DNA of 64,000 nucleotides from Rhizodiscina lignyota (Eukaryota): NCBI GenBank assembly GCA_010015805.1, contig ML978127.1, positions 868,001 to 932,000 of the forward strand, read 5' to 3'. Shown piece by piece: positions 60,390 to 64,000 of this stretch (position 1 is its first letter; each line of letters starts with the position of its first letter). The notes under the pieces were generated by a model. It saw only the letters and a program-made list of their open reading frames with translations, ran no database searches and was not told where the DNA came from. The position numbers and the translations under genes were made by a program.

Positions 60390-62588
60390 ATGACAACGAA
60401 ACCGCCCCGTCCTCGAATCCTCATATATTTGCTCCGTCGAGACTTGCGCCTTACCGATAATCCAGTGCTCCACGAGATAGCGAGAGCGTTCTCTTCTCCC
60501 TCACCATCATTCACGCACCTTCTCCCTATATACGTCTTTCCGGCCCAGCAGGTAGAGGTCTCTGGTTTCCTACGGAAATTCAGCAAGGAGGAGTATGCGA
60601 GATCGCCATATCCCCCGGCACGGAGTCCTCATGGAGACTTTTGGAGATGTGGGCCTCACCGTGCCAAGTTCCTGACAGAGAGCGTGTGGAACGTTAAGGA
60701 GAGCTTGCAGGATGTTGGCAGTGGGCTGATCATTCGCGTCGGGATGCTCCATCACGTCATCAATGATGCCTTGGAATGGTTCGACGGTAACGAATCAGAC
60801 ACCCTCGAGCGGAGAGACTCTGGCCCTGCCTCTGACACCGACAGAGGTGAGATTGTGGGCGTTTGGATGACAAAGGACGAGACGACGGAAGAGAAGACGG
60901 AGGAGCAAGGGGTGCGTGCGGTTGTTGAGGGGTGCGGCAAAGAGTTTCGTTTATTCGAAGATGAGAAGTACTTTGTTGATGAGTAAGTGCTATTTTCATT
61001 GCGTCATGGGAGTGCTGAACGTCCGCTTCCACTGTCCTCTCAGAACAAGCGGAATCTCTTGGCTCGAGCCCCCAATTTTCTGACTATCCTCAGTCGCGAC
61101 CTGCCATTTCAAAGGATTGAAGACCTTCCCAACATATACACCACTTTTCGGCAACAAGTTGAACCCTTACGTTCGCGACCGAGACGCCCACTTCCCCCTC
61201 CAAAGAAGTTACCTCCTTTACCACCTGCTGGATCAGTTCCTCCGCAGACGCCACCTTTCTCAATACCGGATTCGCTGGACACAATCCTCACCGCCGTTCT
61301 TGCTCCACTTGAAACAGATCCATATCATGGCCTGCCTAATGTGCCATCTTGGCCATCGAACACCGAGTCCGCTCATCCATTTCGAGGAGGGGAGACGGAA
61401 GCACAGGAGCGAATGTGGCATCTCTTGTCATCCGGTGCCATGACCTCCTACAAGGATACTCGTAATGGCTTATTAGGTACCGATTTCTCGACGAAGCTAG
61501 CTGGCTTTCTCGCATTGGGCTGCGTCTCTGCGCGCTGGGTCCATGCGGAAATGTTGGAATTTGAGGGCGGAAGCAATTTCGCTCACCAACACCACTCCAA
61601 TGGAGGTGTTGATGGTGGCCCCAAAGAGCGAAGAGAGGTGCTGGTAAATCCCAATCCGGTCGTCTCTTCGACCAATTTCTCGCCCGTGAAACCAGCCAAT
61701 ATCTCAACGCGCAATCCAAAGGAGAGGGAATACAAGTATCGGTATTGCGATGCACCAGGTTTCAACGACGGCGAAAATCCCGGCACGGCCGGCGTTCGCT
61801 TTGAACTCCTTTGGCGAGACTACATGCGGCTATGCGCGAGAAAATTTGGCCCAAAGCTCTTCCATCTCACTGGTTTTGTTGACGACGAAGAAAAGAAGTG
61901 GAAGAGTGTTGATCATTCCACTCCTGGTCTAGGCGATGACCCAGACACCACCAAAGACACTCTGAACCGATTCCTCGAGGGGCGGACAGGCATCGGTCTC
62001 ATCGATGCGGCTCAGCGGGAACTCTTCCTGACCGGATACACGAGCAATCGTGCACGGCAGAATGTGGCGTCTTTCCTCGCTAAGCACTTAGGTATAGACT
62101 GGAGACTCGGTGCGGAATGGTACGAGTGTATGCTCGTGGATTACGACTGTGCGAGCAACTGGGGCAATTGGCAATACGTTGCAGGTGTCGGGAACGATCC
62201 AAGGCAGGGCAGGACGTTCAATCCAATCAAGCAGGCACTGGACTATGATAAGAATGGCGAGTATATCAAAGCATGGGTGCCAGAGCTGAGAGGTTTGGAG
62301 ACGGGTTCTCAAACTGCACATCAAGCTGGTGCGCAGGAACATGATCAAGAGGCGCTGATGGGAGTTTTCCAAGCATGGAGAATGGCAGAAAGTGATAAAG
62401 AGGCATTGGGCTTGAAGGGCGTCGATTGGGTGGAGAGGCCATTGGTAAAGATCCCCTTCGAAGTCAGGAGGTCCGGGGCGAGCGGACGAGGTAGAGGTAG
62501 AGGTCGCGGACGAGGCGGTCCAGGACGGGGAAGAGGAGCGATTCCGTATGTTGGTGGGCGTGGAGAGCGATGGAAGAGCGGCGAGTAA
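60390..62588 (+). CDS. cry: Cryptochrome DASH with C-terminal RG/RGG tail; intron 60983-61093
   Basis: LLRRDLRLTDNP, FWRCGPHRAKFL, GGET, YKDTRNGLLG, FELLWRDY, TGYTSNRARQNVASFL, DYDCASNWGNW.Y.AGVGNDPR. Confidence 0.93.
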
Positions 62589-62752
62589 GACACGTTTCGG
62601 AATTGTGATCGAAGAATGCACTTGAGGCGGCTTTGTGATTGAACTATATTTTGCTATTTTACATACCTAAGAGAATGCCGCACGAACCGAAGTACTCATC
62701 AAAATCCCAAATTTGCCCCGAGGTCACTCAGCGCCAGCACTGTCGTCCGAAT

Positions 62753-63772
62753 TCATGGCTTGCTGACATGCACCACAATCTTGCCCCTCGTCCTCCCTTC
62801 CTTCAGCTTCTCATACGCTTTTGGTGCATCCTCGAATTCGAAAGTCTGCTCAATAACTGCCTTTACTTTCCCCTCTGCCATCCATGCCGCGATCTGGTTG
62901 AAATCGTCCTGCTTAGAGAAGGCATTCAGAAACTCAAATTTCCTCTTCCCACCGCCCAGAATTCCAGGTAATAGCATCCGCGATGCCAGTGACGCCGCAG
63001 CACCCACGCTCGGCTCCGCACCGACCTGGACAAACTTCCCGTGCGGCTGGAGGAAGTGATGAGACTCGTTGTACAAGTTCGATGGCGTGCCGATGTTGTC
63101 TACCACGAGGCTGTAGACTTGGCCTTCGGTTTTCAGCGCCGCAGCGACATCTTGCTTCTTGTAGTCAATGACCTCGTCCGCTCCAAGGCTCTTGACGAAC
63201 TCGACGTTGGCACCGGAGCAGCTTGTTGACACTGTGCAGCCCAGTGTCTTTGCGATTTGGATCCCGTAGACTCCGGTGCCGCCCGAGCCGCCATTGATGA
63301 ATATTTTGTCGCCTGCCTTGACGTTCTTAGCGATGCATTGATACGCCGTCAAGCCCGTGACTCCAATGGTCGCCGCGTCGTCAACAGCAACGCTTTCGGG
63401 TTTCTTCGCCACCCACGACTGGTCTGCGACAATGATCTCGCCCAGCGCTCCGAACTTGCTTGGCTTGTCTAGTTTTCCGAAGACCACGTCGCCGACTTTG
63501 AACTGTGTGACGGAAGAGCCGATTGAAATCACCTCACCGCAGAAATCCATGCCAGGGGCAGCGGGCATGGAGATGACTGCCTTCGAGACGACGCCCAGCT
63601 CCGGGATCTTGTGGTCGACGCGATTGACGGACATGCTGTAGACGCGGACATGCAGTTGGTTTTGCTTGAGATGTTCCGGTGGCTGTGGCGCATCGGAGTG
63701 CAGTTTGAGGTTCTTCTCCAGCCCTCCGTGTGCACCGGAGTAGAGCCACGCGCGCATTGTACCTGACGACAT
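62753..63772 (-). CDS. Zinc-type alcohol dehydrogenase-like NADPH:quinone oxidoreductase (Yim1/RTN4IP1-like), intronless
   Basis: PGMDFCGEV, FINGGSGGTG, LGADEVIDY, GRTRGKIVV. Confidence 0.88.
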   Translation of the reverse strand: MSSGTMRAWLYSGAHGGLEKNLKLHSDAPQPPEHLKQNQLHVRVYSMSVNRVDHKIPELGVVSKAVISMPAAPGMDFCGEVISIGSSVTQFKVGDVVFGKLDKPSKFGALGEIIVADQSWVAKKPESVAVDDAATIGVTGLTAYQCIAKNVKAGDKIFINGGSGGTGVYGIQIAKTLGCTVSTSCSGANVEFVKSLGADEVIDYKKQDVAAALKTEGQVYSLVVDNIGTPSNLYNESHHFLQPHGKFVQVGAEPSVGAAASLASRMLLPGILGGGKRKFEFLNAFSKQDDFNQIAAWMAEGKVKAVIEQTFEFEDAPKAYEKLKEGRTRGKIVVHVSKP

Positions 63773-64000
63773 GGTGAGATTTGGGTGAGATTGTAGGTTC
63801 AGAGGAAAGTGTTTCTTGAGAGGTTGAGTGAACGAAATTTAGAGACGCAATTGAGGAGATGCTGCAGTTATAGGTAGAAAGTGGTGTGATGGAAGGTGAA
63901 ACTCGCGTGTACTACTTTGGGATAGCGACGAAGGGTACATAGCACCTGCACGTTTTATCTCTTCAGCATTCACTCACAACAATGTCCTTCGGACAACTTT

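Noticed and set aside
1..64000. Transposons, tRNA/rRNA genes, TPP riboswitch, TGA-CTA readthrough peroxisomal signals
   Set aside because: None recognised by eye; tRNAscan-SE, Infernal and RepeatMasker would be needed to exclude them formally.

Overview
Gene-dense eukaryotic DNA from a filamentous ascomycete (Pezizomycotina): short GT-AG introns with CTRAC/CTAAC branch sites and fungus-specific families such as a Zn2Cys6 factor. I can support about 27 protein-coding genes and one pseudogene. In order: two DUF1446/AtuA-like paralogues flanking a Zn2Cys6 factor; a small mitochondrial-type protein; a D-2-hydroxyacid dehydrogenase; an RGS-domain membrane protein; signal peptide peptidase; a divergent methylcitrate synthase/methylisocitrate lyase pair; an accessory block (small acidic ORF, intronless bacterial-type FAD oxidoreductase, secreted preproprotein); MIC19; TRM44; a GNAT; glucokinase; an Svl3/Pam1-like protein; SUB2; RPR2; an ArAE/FUSC-like membrane protein; GNA1; a Baeyer-Villiger monooxygenase remnant; a small basic protein; WBP11; glutamate decarboxylase; a fasciclin protein; CRY-DASH; and a Zn-ADH-like oxidoreductase. 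Best leads: (1) a 3-exon, ~314-aa secreted protein whose signal/ProArg/alpha/KR/gamma/KR/beta layout mirrors yeast killer preprotoxins, sharing an identical 14-bp upstream motif with its neighbour; (2) a long-range RNA stem closing the 483-nt first intron of SUB2; (3) an AUG-less, transmembrane-containing in-frame extension upstream of glucokinase. No rRNA, tRNA, CRISPR array or transposon was recognised. All calls come from reading motifs by eye; no searches were run.
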